Shown in pieces: positions 42,434 to 52,956 of a DNA stretch of 64,000 nt; the first letter of the stretch is position 1, and every line of letters begins with the position of its first letter. The notes below the pieces were generated by a model. That model saw nothing but the letters and a program-made list of their open reading frames with translations, was not told the origin of the DNA and ran no database searches. Source of the DNA: Nostoc sp. (GTDB taxonomy: Bacteria; Cyanobacteriota; Cyanobacteriia; Cyanobacteriales; Nostocaceae); assembly GCA_036918135.1 (NCBI GenBank), contig JBALDB010000056.1:32001-96000 (forward strand), in the 5' to 3' direction. The position numbers were made by a program, and so were the translations under genes.

Positions 42434-42976
42434 ATGCGTGAAAATTGGATGCTTCCGAGGATTTTTCCCATTGGTGGAATTCTGTTTGACTTTTTATTTG
42501 TACTGATTGCCATTCCCATTGAAGCATATGTTTTGCACAAACGGCTAAAATTTGACAAAAAAACTAGTATTTTTTATGCTATTTCTATTAATTTATTTTC
42601 TAGTGTAATTGGTTGGATTGTATTTTTTGTCTCAGAACCAATGCTGCCAATACAGTTAAAATCTGAATTAATTAATTATCTATTCTTTAATACTTTTAAA
42701 TCATCTAGTACGCAAACTCTATTAATTTTAACTGCTTTTATAATTTTCTTTGCTAATTTTATTGTTAAATTTTTTCTGTTGAAAGTTTTACTTTTATCTT
42801 TAGTCAAGGAACCATTTGCTAACAAAGAAGAGGATACTCAAGTATCTGTGAGGCAGAAATGGCGCGGTTTTAAAAATATAAAATTTCAAAATACAAACTT
42901 AGTTACTACTATATTGATAGCAAATTCTCTGAGCTATAGTGCAATAACTATTATTTTATTGTTTCGTTCCCAGTAG
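42434..42976 (+). CDS. fraC: Filament integrity protein FraC
   Basis: Three-TM protein ([27 protein letters not shown]); first gene of a fraC-fraD-fraE arrangement. Confidence 0.85.
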   Translation: MRENWMLPRIFPIGGILFDFLFVLIAIPIEAYVLHKRLKFDKKTSIFYAISINLFSSVIGWIVFFVSEPMLPIQLKSELINYLFFNTFKSSSTQTLLILTAFIIFFANFIVKFFLLKVLLLSLVKEPFANKEEDTQVSVRQKWRGFKNIKFQNTNLVTTILIANSLSYSAITIILLFRSQ

Positions 42977-43028
42977 AAAATTTAATTTTTGCAGCCAGAC
43001 TATTGATTAATCAAGTGTAGGTAAAAAG

Positions 43029-44036
43029 ATGAATACACTACTTAAAGATTTATTCGGAGTTTACAAATTTATTGAAGGGCTTTACGCAGGAATTAGAAAG
43101 ATATTAGTTCCAGCCAAAGCTTATTCTTGGCAGACATTTATTTATCTGAGTGTTTTTTCTTGGTTACTTTCATATTTGGCTACAGGATATATCAGAGATA
43201 TTATTGCATTTTTCGGTTGGATGTTTTTAATTGCTGGTACATCTTGGTATACAACAGAAGATCCTTTGAGGGTTCCTGGTACTTTCATGCCAGTGGGAGC
43301 AGTAATCACTGGATTTTTAGTTAGTGTTTTTGCATTTGGAAGTCAAAAGGATGGAGTTACACCAACAACAATTGTTTTGTGGCCAACAATTTCAGCACTA
43401 ATTACGGCAATCCCAGAATTTATCGAAGGAAGTGATACAGATGCCAAAGCTCAAATTCCTAAGCCAGAAGACCGCCAAAGAATCATAGTTTTACTTGCTA
43501 GTTGTATGTTGCTAAGCTGCTGGATTCAGTTTTATTTTGTGGTGGATAATTGGTTAGAACAATATCCCAGTATGCAGACAGATAGTTTTAGACGTAATAC
43601 CTTTGTTGTCAGAACTCAAGAACCAACTAAAGTACCACAAAATGGAATTATAATTTTAAACAAACTTCAACCAATAGTAGAAGAACAAATAGCTCAAACA
43701 CCTTGGTCAGAAGTAGAAAAATGGTTGCTAGATGCAAAACAGCGAGTAGGAAGCTTGGGTAGAGAAGTAATTGAAAAAAACCTAGTAAAATATGAAGAGA
43801 AGGAATTATGGCGTGTTGAACCGCGTGTATCTAATACTAAGTCTGGGTATATATTAGATTTACTAAGTATTTGGACAGGGCCGAGTTCTAACCGACGGGG
43901 ATATTTTTTAAAGAAATCTTGTCGGATTGAACCAGTTGCAGCAACTAATAAATCAGGGAACAAAATCACAGTTGGAGAAATTGAATGCGATCGCTTAAAT
44001 AAATTTCTCGCTGGTTCGCCACCTCCCCAGCAGTGA
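43029..44036 (+). CDS. fraD: Septal junction protein FraD
   Basis: AYSWQT, five TM helices and a periplasmic domain ending in C..C; located between fraC and fraE. Confidence 0.85.
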   Translation: MNTLLKDLFGVYKFIEGLYAGIRKILVPAKAYSWQTFIYLSVFSWLLSYLATGYIRDIIAFFGWMFLIAGTSWYTTEDPLRVPGTFMPVGAVITGFLVSVFAFGSQKDGVTPTTIVLWPTISALITAIPEFIEGSDTDAKAQIPKPEDRQRIIVLLASCMLLSCWIQFYFVVDNWLEQYPSMQTDSFRRNTFVVRTQEPTKVPQNGIIILNKLQPIVEEQIAQTPWSEVEKWLLDAKQRVGSLGREVIEKNLVKYEEKELWRVEPRVSNTKSGYILDLLSIWTGPSSNRRGYFLKKSCRIEPVAATNKSGNKITVGEIECDRLNKFLAGSPPPQQ

Positions 44037-44259
44037 AGAGTGGGGAGATGGGGATGATGGGGAGTGTGGGAAGTGTGGGAAGTGTGGGAAGAGAGGGGAG
44101 AGAGGGGGGCAAGATTTGTTCTCCATCCTCCCACACCTCCTTTTCCTCCCACACCTGCATTTGTTCTCCATCCTCCCACACCTCCCACACCTCCATTTGT
44201 TCCCCATCCTCCCACACTGCCTGTTTGCTCAATGACAAATAACAAATGACAAATAACAA
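44037..44259. repeat. G-rich then C-rich tandem repeats plus ACAAATG/A STRR between fraD and fraE
   Basis: (agtgtggga)x3, (atttgttctccatcctcccacacct)x3, aatgacaaataacaaatgacaaataacaa. Confidence 0.85.
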
Positions 44260-45036
44260 ATGACAACCAGAATTTTTGTACTCGCTAAGAATGTGTTTCA
44301 GGAAGTGATACGCGATCGCATCCTATATATTATTGGTTTTTATGCGTTAATACTCGCCGCTGCTTTCGGTATCCTTCCTCAATTTGCGGCTACTACCGAA
44401 GACAAAATATTTTTAGATTTTGGCATGGCGGCGATGAATGCAATCGGGTTAATTGTGACGATATTTGTTGGGACGGGACTAGTTAATAAAGAAATTGAAA
44501 AACGTACTGTCTTAGTACTAATTGCTAAACCTGTTAGCCGCAGTGAAATTATTGTTGGCAAGTATTTGGGGTTGTCCGCAGTGCTAGCGGTACTGATAGC
44601 TACGATGACAGTAATTTATCTGTTATTTCTGCAATTTGGGAAAGTTGCTCATCCAACAGCAAGTATTTTAATTGCGACAATTTTCTTATTTTTGCAGTTG
44701 TCATTAATCACCGCTGTAGCTATTACCTTTGGTGTTTTTACAGCTTCACTACTGGCGACTGTTTTAACTTTTGCGGTGTATTTAATGGGAAATATTACCC
44801 AAGATTTAGTACAACTTGGGCGGCTTAGTCGTAACCTTGGAATAGAACGTTTAACTCAAGCTTTGTTTCTCATTTTGCCAGATTTATCGCGGTTAGATTT
44901 GAAAAATGATGCTGTTTATGGTTTGCAAGCACTACCCGATACAACAGCACTGATTATCAATGCTAGCTATGGCTTACTCTATAGTGTGATGTTGTTAGCG
45001 CTCGCTATTGTAATTTTCTCACAACGCGAGTTTTAG
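44260..45036 (+). CDS. fraE: FraE, ABC-2 type permease
   Basis: EVIRDRILY, EIEKRT..LIAKPVSR..GKYLG, LPDLSRLDLKN; third gene of the fra operon. Confidence 0.85.
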   Translation: MTTRIFVLAKNVFQEVIRDRILYIIGFYALILAAAFGILPQFAATTEDKIFLDFGMAAMNAIGLIVTIFVGTGLVNKEIEKRTVLVLIAKPVSRSEIIVGKYLGLSAVLAVLIATMTVIYLLFLQFGKVAHPTASILIATIFLFLQLSLITAVAITFGVFTASLLATVLTFAVYLMGNITQDLVQLGRLSRNLGIERLTQALFLILPDLSRLDLKNDAVYGLQALPDTTALIINASYGLLYSVMLLALAIVIFSQREF

Positions 45037-45098
45037 TCATTGGCCAAACAGGGCATTGAGCAAAAATAACAAATGACCAATGACTAATGACCAATGAC

Positions 45099-45767
45099 TT
45101 AATAACTAATGACTATTGATGGTTCTTTAACTGTAGCATCAGGCATAATTGTATCTCGGAATTTTGCATAAATTAGATTTGTCTGGTAAAGATTTGCTTT
45201 ACTCAAGTTGGTCTTAGTTAAGTTTGCCCATGTCAAGTCTGCACTAGTTAAATTAGCTTCAGTTAAATTAGCTTCTAGTAATACTGCCCCACATAGCTTT
45301 GCTTTTGTGAAATTTGCTCTAACTAAATTTGCTTCAATCAGTGATGTTTCAATTAATTTGGCTTCAGTTAGGTCTGCTTCTCTCAAATCCGCAGCACATA
45401 AAGAAGTACCCCAAAGGTTACTATTTATTAATTTCACCCGCCATAAAAAACTTCCACACAAATTTGCTTGCTTTAAATCGGCATTACTTAAATTAGCTTC
45501 ACACAAAGAGGCTTCATACAAATTAGCTTCGCATAAACTAGCTTGCATCAAATTTGCGCCACTTAAATTAGCACGAGTTAGTATACAACCAGATAGATCT
45601 GTACCATGCAAATCTGCCCCGATGAAGTTAACTCCACTTAAATCTAATCCTTTGAGGTCAATTTCACTTAAGTCATATCCACTGAAATTGTGACACTGAA
45701 AATATTTATTTGTGATTCGATCTAAGATAAATTCCTGCTTGTTAGCATAATCTTTCATGGTATTCAC
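45099..45767 (-). CDS. fraF: Pentapeptide repeat protein, FraF-like
   Basis: A(N/D)Lxx repeats; convergent on fraE as in Anabaena PCC 7120. Confidence 0.75.
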   Translation of the reverse strand: MNTMKDYANKQEFILDRITNKYFQCHNFSGYDLSEIDLKGLDLSGVNFIGADLHGTDLSGCILTRANLSGANLMQASLCEANLYEASLCEANLSNADLKQANLCGSFLWRVKLINSNLWGTSLCAADLREADLTEAKLIETSLIEANLVRANFTKAKLCGAVLLEANLTEANLTSADLTWANLTKTNLSKANLYQTNLIYAKFRDTIMPDATVKEPSIVISY

Positions 45768-46103
45768 CTCTGGGTGTAATTCATCTCAAAGGACGATCGC
45801 AAAGTTAGCGTATATTGAGAGTACACCTCAAATGGAAATAAAAGCGAGCGATAATCAAGAAGAAATTTGGAAAAAATTCTCAATAACCTGAAAATACGCT
45901 CTTAAAATCTTTTTTAAGACAAAAAATGCTGACATAAGTCAGGAAATATTGATATGCTACTGTAATCAACTTGGATATATTTATTTGTCTAAGCCTACAC
46001 CTGACGCTTCCACATTTCTGGCAGGTGGCCTCAACTAAGAACTAAACTTCGTGCGATTCTATTTCAGCCAAAAGTTTGAGCCAGTTAAATATGGGGCTTG
46101 ATA

Positions 46104-47054
46104 TTAAGGCAAACTGTGACGTTGAAAAAAGTTCCAAATTGTTTCACTGGCATTCAGTCCTAGCTTAGCATTGAATTTATTTAGGCCCTCATCAGTTGAA
46201 GCACCACCAGGCCAGAAATGTCCACCGTTTACTATCGCTAAGTGCCAAACTTCTGAATTGTTGCTACAACCTGCGTAGAGAGAGGTTTTCACTTTATCTT
46301 CAGGAAACTGCGAAGATTTATTTGATGAGGTACATTGATCGTGCGATCGCCAAAAGTTTACCATGTCTGAGATCGAAACTAACGCTCCTCGTTGAGTGCG
46401 ATCGTCACCTTGATAAAGTACATCGCGATCGTTTGTACCGTTAATTGTTAACATCGATATCGGAGTTTGAGGTTGGCAATTAGGTTTAAGTTTAACTGGG
46501 AGCGAACCAGCTACTGATGCAAAACCAGCAATTTTATTAGGTAACTTACAAGCCAGTGCTTGGGTAAGTATTCCACCTCTAGAAAAACCGGTAGCATAAA
46601 CTTTGTGACTATTAATATTCATTTGCTGCTGAAGGCGATCGATTAATGCACTGACAAACAAAACATCATCTGCCTTTCCTTGAGTATTACCTCTAACATT
46701 CCATCTTTGGTTAATTCCATCTGGATAAACAACAATAAATCCTTTTTTCTCTGCTAATTCGTTGAAGCGAGTCACATTACTTATAGATTGACCACTACCA
46801 TCATCCCCATGAAACACTAAAACTAAGGGCATTGGACGGTTTTGATTATAAGATTTTGGAGTGTAAAAATAGTAAGTGCGTAATTTTCCTTGGTCATATA
46901 GCTCTCCATAATTCTGACCTTTGACAATTTTTTTAGATATACTTCTTTCTTCAGCTTGGCTCGAATTGCAGGCTATTACGAAAGTAATAGTACATACAGA
47001 TATAAAAATATTTTTTAAAAATTGAGAACCTTGAGATTTTTGATAAGTATTCAT
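46104..47054 (-). CDS. Secreted alpha/beta hydrolase (PHB depolymerase/LpqC-like esterase), lipoprotein
   Basis: Lipobox VIAC; PLVLVFHG; TGFSRGG nucleophile elbow; NGTND; GGHFWPG. Confidence 0.87.
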   Translation of the reverse strand: MNTYQKSQGSQFLKNIFISVCTITFVIACNSSQAEERSISKKIVKGQNYGELYDQGKLRTYYFYTPKSYNQNRPMPLVLVFHGDDGSGQSISNVTRFNELAEKKGFIVVYPDGINQRWNVRGNTQGKADDVLFVSALIDRLQQQMNINSHKVYATGFSRGGILTQALACKLPNKIAGFASVAGSLPVKLKPNCQPQTPISMLTINGTNDRDVLYQGDDRTQRGALVSISDMVNFWRSHDQCTSSNKSSQFPEDKVKTSLYAGCSNNSEVWHLAIVNGGHFWPGGASTDEGLNKFNAKLGLNASETIWNFFQRHSLP

Positions 47055-47251
47055 CTTAATTAAATTTACTTTATTAAAATGTTATCATTAAAAGCGGCGA
47101 GACACCCCATCCTCCGAGTAGGTATTTGAGGTTGCTCACCGCTACTTTCGGCATAGGGCATTAGTAAATTTTTCCTCATCCCCTATACCTAAAAACTGCA
47201 TGTCCCTTGTGGGTGGAGTTTTTGATTTTTACTTGATAAATGGCCTTTTAC

Positions 47252-47293
47252 TAAATAGAGACTAATAAATTAAGTATGAATAGTCTCTATTTA
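47252..47293 (-). terminator. Inverted repeat downstream of the 83-aa gene
   Basis: taaatagagacta ... tagtctctattta, 13-bp arms. Confidence 0.55.
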
Positions 47294-47298
47294 AGATG

Positions 47299-47550
47299 CT
47301 AAACTCTTACATTTACATAATGAGCAGGAACTCGAACTTTAACTAACCTGTTACCACGTCGTACTGTTTCCCAGTGTGCAGGAATTAACTTACGTCGATA
47401 TCGGGCAGCAACAACAGGTCTACGCACAACAACAGTTTTATGCACGTTAGGTCTAATAATGATCTCTGCTGCGGATGCTTGTGATGGCATGGAAGAAATG
47501 GCAAATGGTAAAGCAAGTAATGTACCTAAAAGAATACGTTTCATCTTCAA
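47299..47550 (-). CDS. Small secreted Arg/Val-rich protein
   Basis: Signal peptide ending QASA; two PAH(W/Y) repeats. Confidence 0.75.
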   Translation of the reverse strand: MKMKRILLGTLLALPFAISSMPSQASAAEIIIRPNVHKTVVVRRPVVAARYRRKLIPAHWETVRRGNRLVKVRVPAHYVNVRV

Positions 47551-47784
47551 ATCTCTCGATTAATTGGTTAGATTTTCTACAGTATTCCTCATGAAGTCGC
47601 AAATATATATTCTTACCTAATCTTAATGATTGTAGTAAGTTTTTTATTATTATCGGACTTAATTCAGTACCCTGTATAGTTCTTAGTTTAAAATTTTAAA
47701 TAGCAATAGACAGTGTAATAAAGTCACAATTTGAATCTAACTAAAGTCATATTAAGCAATTAAAATACCTTTTATCTCACTGTT

Positions 47785-48075
47785 CTACTCTTCTTTCCCA
47801 GTTTGCAACTGCAAATACACTACTACCAAAGTTACTGCTAACAGCATCGTTGCGGCGGCTGCATAACCAAAATCAAATTGAGCAAACGCATCATGGTAAA
47901 TGTAGTAAACCAGCAAATTAGTCAAATTTAATGTGCCGTAGCCGATTATTAGATAAAGTTGTTTAAAACTCTGCAATCTAAAAATCGCCGTGGTGATTGT
48001 TGTAAATATGACGGTAGGACGCAATCTGGGCAGTATAATATGCCAAAATTGTTGCCAAGCATTTGCGCCATCTAA
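47785..48075 (-). pseudogene. C-terminal fragment of a sugar ABC transporter permease
   Basis: Frame reads LDGANAWQQFWHIILPRLRP...FDFGYAAA from the EAA loop onward; no N-terminal half or start. Confidence 0.8.
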
Positions 48076-48129
48076 ATCTCACGACTTACTATATATTTTT
48101 GGTATTAATAATTTTCCCTTTTTGCTGTT

Positions 48130-48774
48130 ATGACCATCCGCCCTGATTGTACTTCTAGCTTGGTTTCTCCAAACATTAACGATGTCTGCCGACAAGACAC
48201 TCCTTTAAAACTTGGAATTATGGCTTCTGGAAATGGCAGCAATTTTGATGTTGTTGCCCAAGCTATTGAAGATAAACAGCTAAATGCCAACATTCAAGTT
48301 TTGATTTATAATAATCCAACGGCTAAAGCAGCGGTTAGAGCAGCTAATCGAGGAGTAGAAGCTGTATTGTTGAATCACCGCGACTACAAAAGCCGAGAAA
48401 AGTTTGATGAGAAAATTGTGCAAACATTACGGCAGTATGATGTGGAATGGGTGATTATGGCAGGCTGGATGCGACTTTTGACATCAGTCTTTATAGATGC
48501 TTTTCCTAACAGAATTATTAATATACATCCGAGTTTGTTACCTAGTTTTAGGGGAATTCATGCTGTAGAACAAGCTTTAACATCTGGAGTAAAAATCACT
48601 GGTTGTACTGTGCATATCGCTTGTTTAGAAATGGACAGCGGGCCAATATTGATGCAAGCCGCAGTACCAGTGCTACCAGATGATACGCCAGAAACACTCC
48701 ATGCTAGAATTCAAATTCAAGAACATCGGATTTTGCCAATGGCGATCGCTTTAGCAGGCTCTACTAATTTTTAG
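48130..48774 (+). CDS. purN: Phosphoribosylglycinamide formyltransferase
   Basis: MASGNGSNF, MAGWMR, NIHPSLLP, GCTVH, DSGPIL. Confidence 0.95.
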   Translation: MTIRPDCTSSLVSPNINDVCRQDTPLKLGIMASGNGSNFDVVAQAIEDKQLNANIQVLIYNNPTAKAAVRAANRGVEAVLLNHRDYKSREKFDEKIVQTLRQYDVEWVIMAGWMRLLTSVFIDAFPNRIINIHPSLLPSFRGIHAVEQALTSGVKITGCTVHIACLEMDSGPILMQAAVPVLPDDTPETLHARIQIQEHRILPMAIALAGSTNF

Positions 48775-48872
48775 TCACACTAAATACTAGTGTGATTCGC
48801 TGCGTTGAGGTGATTTTTCAGATAGTTATTTAGGCAAACTGATAAGTCACTACTTGAGCATTTAGCAACGTC

Positions 48873-49469
48873 TTATTTTTTACTTCTCGATAATTGCCAC
48901 ATTTTCCACATATAGCTAGAAATCCAATTCGTCGTAATATGAGCGGCGATGGGCACTATTAAGTTGCCAGTGAGCAAGGCGCTATATGCTAATATTATCC
49001 CGACAATAGTTGCCCAAACTACATAAGGCCATTGTTGAGAACCGCTCAGATGCAAGATGCCGAAGCAAAGACTAGATACAATCACAGCCAAATGATTGAA
49101 ACCTAAAGCTGGTAGCATCACGCCCCGAAATAACAATTCTTCACTCAAGCCAGGTAGCAACCCTAACCAAATTAAGTCTGGTAAGGCTAAAGGCTTCAAT
49201 ACCACTTCTAGATAAAAATCTGCACTTTGACGGTAGGAATTCCAAAGGCGATAAGTTAAGCCACTTAATGCGGTAATGGCAAATCCCAACCCTACACCCA
49301 ACAGTAAATCTCTTTGGTTCAACTTCCAGGATAATAGGGAAAAGTTGCCGAAGTGCAACGACACTTTGGCGACTACCAGCAAAATTATTGCAGTCGCTCC
49401 CATCGCCCCAAGTACTTGGATACGTGTCAGATATGGAATTTCTGGTTCTTGCTTTTGTTGTTCAATCAC
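48873..49469 (-). CDS. CPBP (CAAX/Abi) family intramembrane protease
   Basis: EELLFRG, FGILH, AHITTN. Confidence 0.9.
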   Translation of the reverse strand: MIEQQKQEPEIPYLTRIQVLGAMGATAIILLVVAKVSLHFGNFSLLSWKLNQRDLLLGVGLGFAITALSGLTYRLWNSYRQSADFYLEVVLKPLALPDLIWLGLLPGLSEELLFRGVMLPALGFNHLAVIVSSLCFGILHLSGSQQWPYVVWATIVGIILAYSALLTGNLIVPIAAHITTNWISSYMWKMWQLSRSKK

Positions 49470-49495
49470 GGATTTTTAGGGAATGGGGAGGTGTG

Positions 49496-49618
49496 GTTCG
49501 ACTCCCTTCGACTACGCTCAGGGCAAGTCGCTCACCAATCGGGAGATGAGGGAGATGTAGTTCGACTTCCTTCGACTACGCTCAGGGCAAGTCGCTCACT
49601 AACCGGGAGATGAGGGAG
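49496..49618. repeat. Tandem duplication (64-bp period) of a nested short dispersed repeat
   Basis: gttcgact.ccttcgactacgctcagggcaagtcgctcac.aa.cgggagatgagggag twice. Confidence 0.85.
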
Positions 49619-49695
49619 CGTCTTTGGCGAGGCTCCTAACTCCTGTACAGATGCGATTAATCGCGTCTCTACTCCTAACTTATAACTTCTAATGA

Positions 49696-50763
49696 CTAAT
49701 GATTAGTGAGTACTGGTTGCAAAGATGATAATTTGGGACAAACAGCAGAGGGATTGATGCCTGCTTTATGTGCCACTAATACACCCACTGCCTCTAAATA
49801 TGAGTTTACCTGTATGGATTCGATCCCCAACGGTTGGGGAGGAACTTCGATCGCAGTTTTATTTTCTTCTACTGTAATTATTTGGCATTGTGTTTGACTT
49901 AAACTCAATAAAGCACTACCACCACAGGCATTTGCAGGTACGACAAGAGCATCTACTCCTTCTGCCCAAATATCTTCTTGTTCTAATGCTATCGTTTTTC
50001 TCTCTACTATAAATTGTGGGGCACGACTCAAGCCGACGAGAACGCATGGTAAAAATGTGTAGCCCAATTCTTCAGCTGCGGAACGGGGTGCTAAGTCCGG
50101 TTCTGGGGGGGTGCCAGCTAGAGCAGGAGAATGGGCACAAGGAATTTTAAAGGTTCGCACTAGCAAATGGCTAATTACGGCTTCAGCACCAGCTAGGGAA
50201 TCAACTCCTTCGCCGTGGCGGTATTTCTGTACTGCCTCTTCATTCATATCATCTCTGAAACGGGCGACAACTGCGATCGCTTCTGCCCCGGCTTTTTTAA
50301 TTAGTATTTCCGCTGCCCTTAACAAGCTATCGGGGTTCCCAATTGTCCCCCAACTTGTACCTGATAGAGTAGTCCGTAATTCTACATTCAAAGGGGCATC
50401 AGTGATGACATAATCTGTTAAGGTCAATCCCAGAGTCGCTCTCGCTGCATCGGCTGCTTGCAGGTGTCTTAGCCGCAACTCCGGCTCAATACCTTGGTCT
50501 AAAAGCAAACCTATCTTGTTATTTCTGACTGGACGCAAACCCCAGCATCCAGCGGCAAATTTGTCAAGTCCAAAACCTTCAACGTAGAAAGCATTTGGGA
50601 GATTCCAGTACAAGCTTGCGCCATTGAGGACATTGGGGTGAGTAATCAGGCGATCGCAAACCTGTGCTATAACTCTGGCAACAGGCAAAGCATCTCCAGC
50701 GTAACCCCCAATTGCTGCCCCAACGCCAGTTGGTACAATTAAGATAGCAGTGTATGGACGCAT
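49696..50763 (-). CDS. DUF3326 family protein
   Basis: IVPTGVGAAIGGYAGDA, ITHPNVLNGA, GAEAVISH, AAEELGYTFLPC. Confidence 0.88.
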   Translation of the reverse strand: MRPYTAILIVPTGVGAAIGGYAGDALPVARVIAQVCDRLITHPNVLNGASLYWNLPNAFYVEGFGLDKFAAGCWGLRPVRNNKIGLLLDQGIEPELRLRHLQAADAARATLGLTLTDYVITDAPLNVELRTTLSGTSWGTIGNPDSLLRAAEILIKKAGAEAIAVVARFRDDMNEEAVQKYRHGEGVDSLAGAEAVISHLLVRTFKIPCAHSPALAGTPPEPDLAPRSAAEELGYTFLPCVLVGLSRAPQFIVERKTIALEQEDIWAEGVDALVVPANACGGSALLSLSQTQCQIITVEENKTAIEVPPQPLGIESIQVNSYLEAVGVLVAHKAGINPSAVCPKLSSLQPVLTNH

Positions 50764-50869
50764 ATTGAGTGCTGAGTGAGGAGTAGAGACGCGATTAATC
50801 ACGTCTGTACAAGAGTTAGGAGTTCAAAGTTATTATCCCCCATCTCCCCATTGCCCCATCTCCCTACTT

Positions 50870-51049
50870 TTAACTCTTAACTGTCGTGACAACGGCTTCA
50901 ACTGTAGCCTTTTGCTGGGCAACGTCCACAGAGGTAACCGCCCAACGCAGGGGTTCACCTTGTTTTTTCAACTCTGTTTCGATTGTTTTGAGTAACTCTG
51001 CGGGAGTTTCTTGCAGGTCAATTTCTGCGGTAATAAAATGAGTTGTCAT
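50870..51049 (-). CDS. Small cyanobacterial protein (59 aa; below the ORF track cutoff)
   Basis: MTTHFITAEIDLQETPAELLKTIETELKKQGEPLRWAVTSVDVAQQKATVEAVVTTVKS; same strand, between ferredoxin and DUF3326. Confidence 0.8.
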   Translation of the reverse strand: MTTHFITAEIDLQETPAELLKTIETELKKQGEPLRWAVTSVDVAQQKATVEAVVTTVKS

Positions 51050-51202
51050 CGCCCTAAATCCTATTGATTTTTAGTTTATACAATAGCTTATCAGGTGCTA
51101 TCAAATACCTATGTGATTTTCCAGTTTTTGTAATCATGTTAGCGAACAGTCATTCAGTTATTAATAAATCAACTCTTATACTGATAACTGTTCGCTTGGT
51201 TA

Positions 51203-51520
51203 TTAGTCTTTTCCAAATTGCAACTGATAAAGTTTGTCTTCTTTTTCACTCTCAATTTTCAAATCAGAAAGGGGTTTAGCAATACAAAGCAATACATAAC
51301 CTTGTTTTTGTAAATCTGGACTAACGCCCATGCCGTCAGTTTGATCGACAGTTCCTTGGCTGATTTGACCAGCGCAAGTTGTACAAACCCCTGCATGACA
51401 AGAACTTGGCAAATCTAAACCAGCAGCATCGGCGACTGATAAGATGGTCTGGTCTTCCGGGACTTGCAAAGTATGAATTTGACCCTGGTGATTAATTTCT
51501 ACGGTGTAAGTTTTGGGCAT
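51203..51520 (-). CDS. 2Fe-2S ferredoxin
   Basis: SSCHAGVCTTC...LLC. Confidence 0.93.
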   Translation of the reverse strand: MPKTYTVEINHQGQIHTLQVPEDQTILSVADAAGLDLPSSCHAGVCTTCAGQISQGTVDQTDGMGVSPDLQKQGYVLLCIAKPLSDLKIESEKEDKLYQLQFGKD

Positions 51521-51794
51521 ATACAAAGGAAGCGTCAAGCTACGGGCAAGTTTATTAGTTTATCTGAATTAGTTAAAAATATCTAGATATTACCATAAAA
51601 ATTTAGGCTAAAGTCTGAATAGTTTATAGATTAGTAACATTATTTACTATAATAAAGGTAAATAAATGTATTAATTTTGCTTACTATAAAAATGCGCGAT
51701 CGCCTTTCTAGCGATTGATTATTTTTTTTACTGGAAGTCCCCTACGAAAAGCCGAGGTAAGTTGAAGGGTCAAAAGTCAAAATTTATTTAATTT

Positions 51795-52505
51795 TTATAG
51801 AAGATCTGGGTCAATATTTAATTCTCGCAACTTAGCGGCTAGGCGTTCCGCGCGTTGCTTCTCTTGCTCTGCACGCTGTTTTTCCTCGTCCGCACGCTGC
51901 TTTTCCTGCTCTGCTAATTCTTGCGGTGTCGGCACTAACTGCCCTTGTGCTGTAAAATAGCGTAATTGATTATCCTGCACACCCAAATATAAATCTAACT
52001 GCTGACTCCATAACCAACCTTGGGGGTTTGGTTCTATTGGTTGGTAATGAGCGTCTACTAAATGAAACCCCACAAATTCTAAATCATTCGGGTCAAACCA
52101 AAAATACTCAGGTGTGCGAAAGGTATCTTGGTAAATTTGTTTTTTTAAACCTTTGTCTGTAGCTTTTGTGGAAGACGAAAGCAACTCGACAATGATATTC
52201 GGATATTTACCATCTTCTTGCCAAATCACCCAACTTTTACGCGGTTTGCGATTGCATCCTAACACTACAAAAAAGTCTGGGCCGCGAAATTCTTCTGATT
52301 TAAGCTGACGTTGGCTATAGTAAATCGTCAAATTCCCCGCTGCATAAAAGTCATTGCGGTTTTGCCACCATAATTCTAAGCATTGTAATAACAGAATAAT
52401 TTGGCGTAGATGTAAATCGCTTTCCAATGGTGGTTCGTCACTGTATATATCTCCTGGTGGAAATATTATATCTTTTGCTGATTCTAATTCTTGGGCAACT
52501 GACAT
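51795..52505 (-). CDS. Uma2 (DUF820) family putative endonuclease
   Basis: EPPLES..H, GPDFFVV, IVELLS.ST..DK, EYFWFDP, coiled-coil tail. Confidence 0.9.
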   Translation of the reverse strand: MSVAQELESAKDIIFPPGDIYSDEPPLESDLHLRQIILLLQCLELWWQNRNDFYAAGNLTIYYSQRQLKSEEFRGPDFFVVLGCNRKPRKSWVIWQEDGKYPNIIVELLSSSTKATDKGLKKQIYQDTFRTPEYFWFDPNDLEFVGFHLVDAHYQPIEPNPQGWLWSQQLDLYLGVQDNQLRYFTAQGQLVPTPQELAEQEKQRADEEKQRAEQEKQRAERLAAKLRELNIDPDLL

Positions 52506-52618
52506 GACTTTCTTGGGGCTAGGGGTGAGATATTCGGATAAACAGCTACGGGTGGATGCATAGATGTAATTACTATCATAATCTTGCTGATTTATATTTA
52601 TGTGCGAATTGCTCTAGA

Positions 52619-52714
52619 TTAAGACTTCGCTGTTACTGCTAAGTAAATTTTGACTTCCCCAACGGGACTGTAATAACAGAAACCTGATTGCAAATTGCGT
52701 TTTGGGCGACTCAT
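52619..52714 (-). pseudogene. Possible N-terminal stub of an HUH (REP-associated/IS200-like) transposase
   Basis: MSRPKRNLQSGFCYY resembles RAYT-type N-termini (MxRxxR..GxxYH); resemblance ends after ~14 codons. Confidence 0.35.
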
Positions 52715-52767
52715 GAAAAAATCGCTAAAATATCGCGCTTGCTATAATGCACTCACCAACAAACTTT

Positions 52768-52956
52768 GGTCATCAATGTTATAACTTTAACTCTTAAGGT
52801 TACATTATCAAGCCTTAAGGTCACAAGATTAACCCTTAAAACTATAACATGAAGCCTTGAGGCTACAACATTAAGCCTTAAGGTTACAAGATGAAGACTT
52901 AAAGCTATAACAAAAAGCCTTGAGGTTAAAAGATGAAGGCTTAAGGTTAAAGCGAT
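52768..52956. repeat. Imperfect tandem array, about 9 x 21 bp (consensus AAGCCTTAAGGTTACAAGATG)
   Basis: Units include aagccttaaggtcacaagatt, aagccttgaggctacaacatt, aagccttaaggttacaagatg, aagccttgaggttaaaagatg. Confidence 0.85.

Noticed and set aside
43694..44266. Several low-complexity ORFs on both strands
   Set aside because: Artefacts of translating the fraD-fraE repeat spacer and the antisense of fraD
45208..45693. 161-aa plus-strand ORF
   Set aside because: Antisense shadow of the pentapeptide repeat gene
46051..46060. GTGCGATTC as another intron 5' end
   Set aside because: No following domain I similarity and no downstream domain V on that strand
49496..49618. Mini-CRISPR or tRNA (GTTCGACT resembles a T-loop)
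   Set aside because: The whole unit is duplicated with no unique spacer and no cloverleaf; it fits a short dispersed repeat
52768..52956. CRISPR array
   Set aside because: Units are contiguous 21-mers with no unique spacers, and no cas genes are in the window
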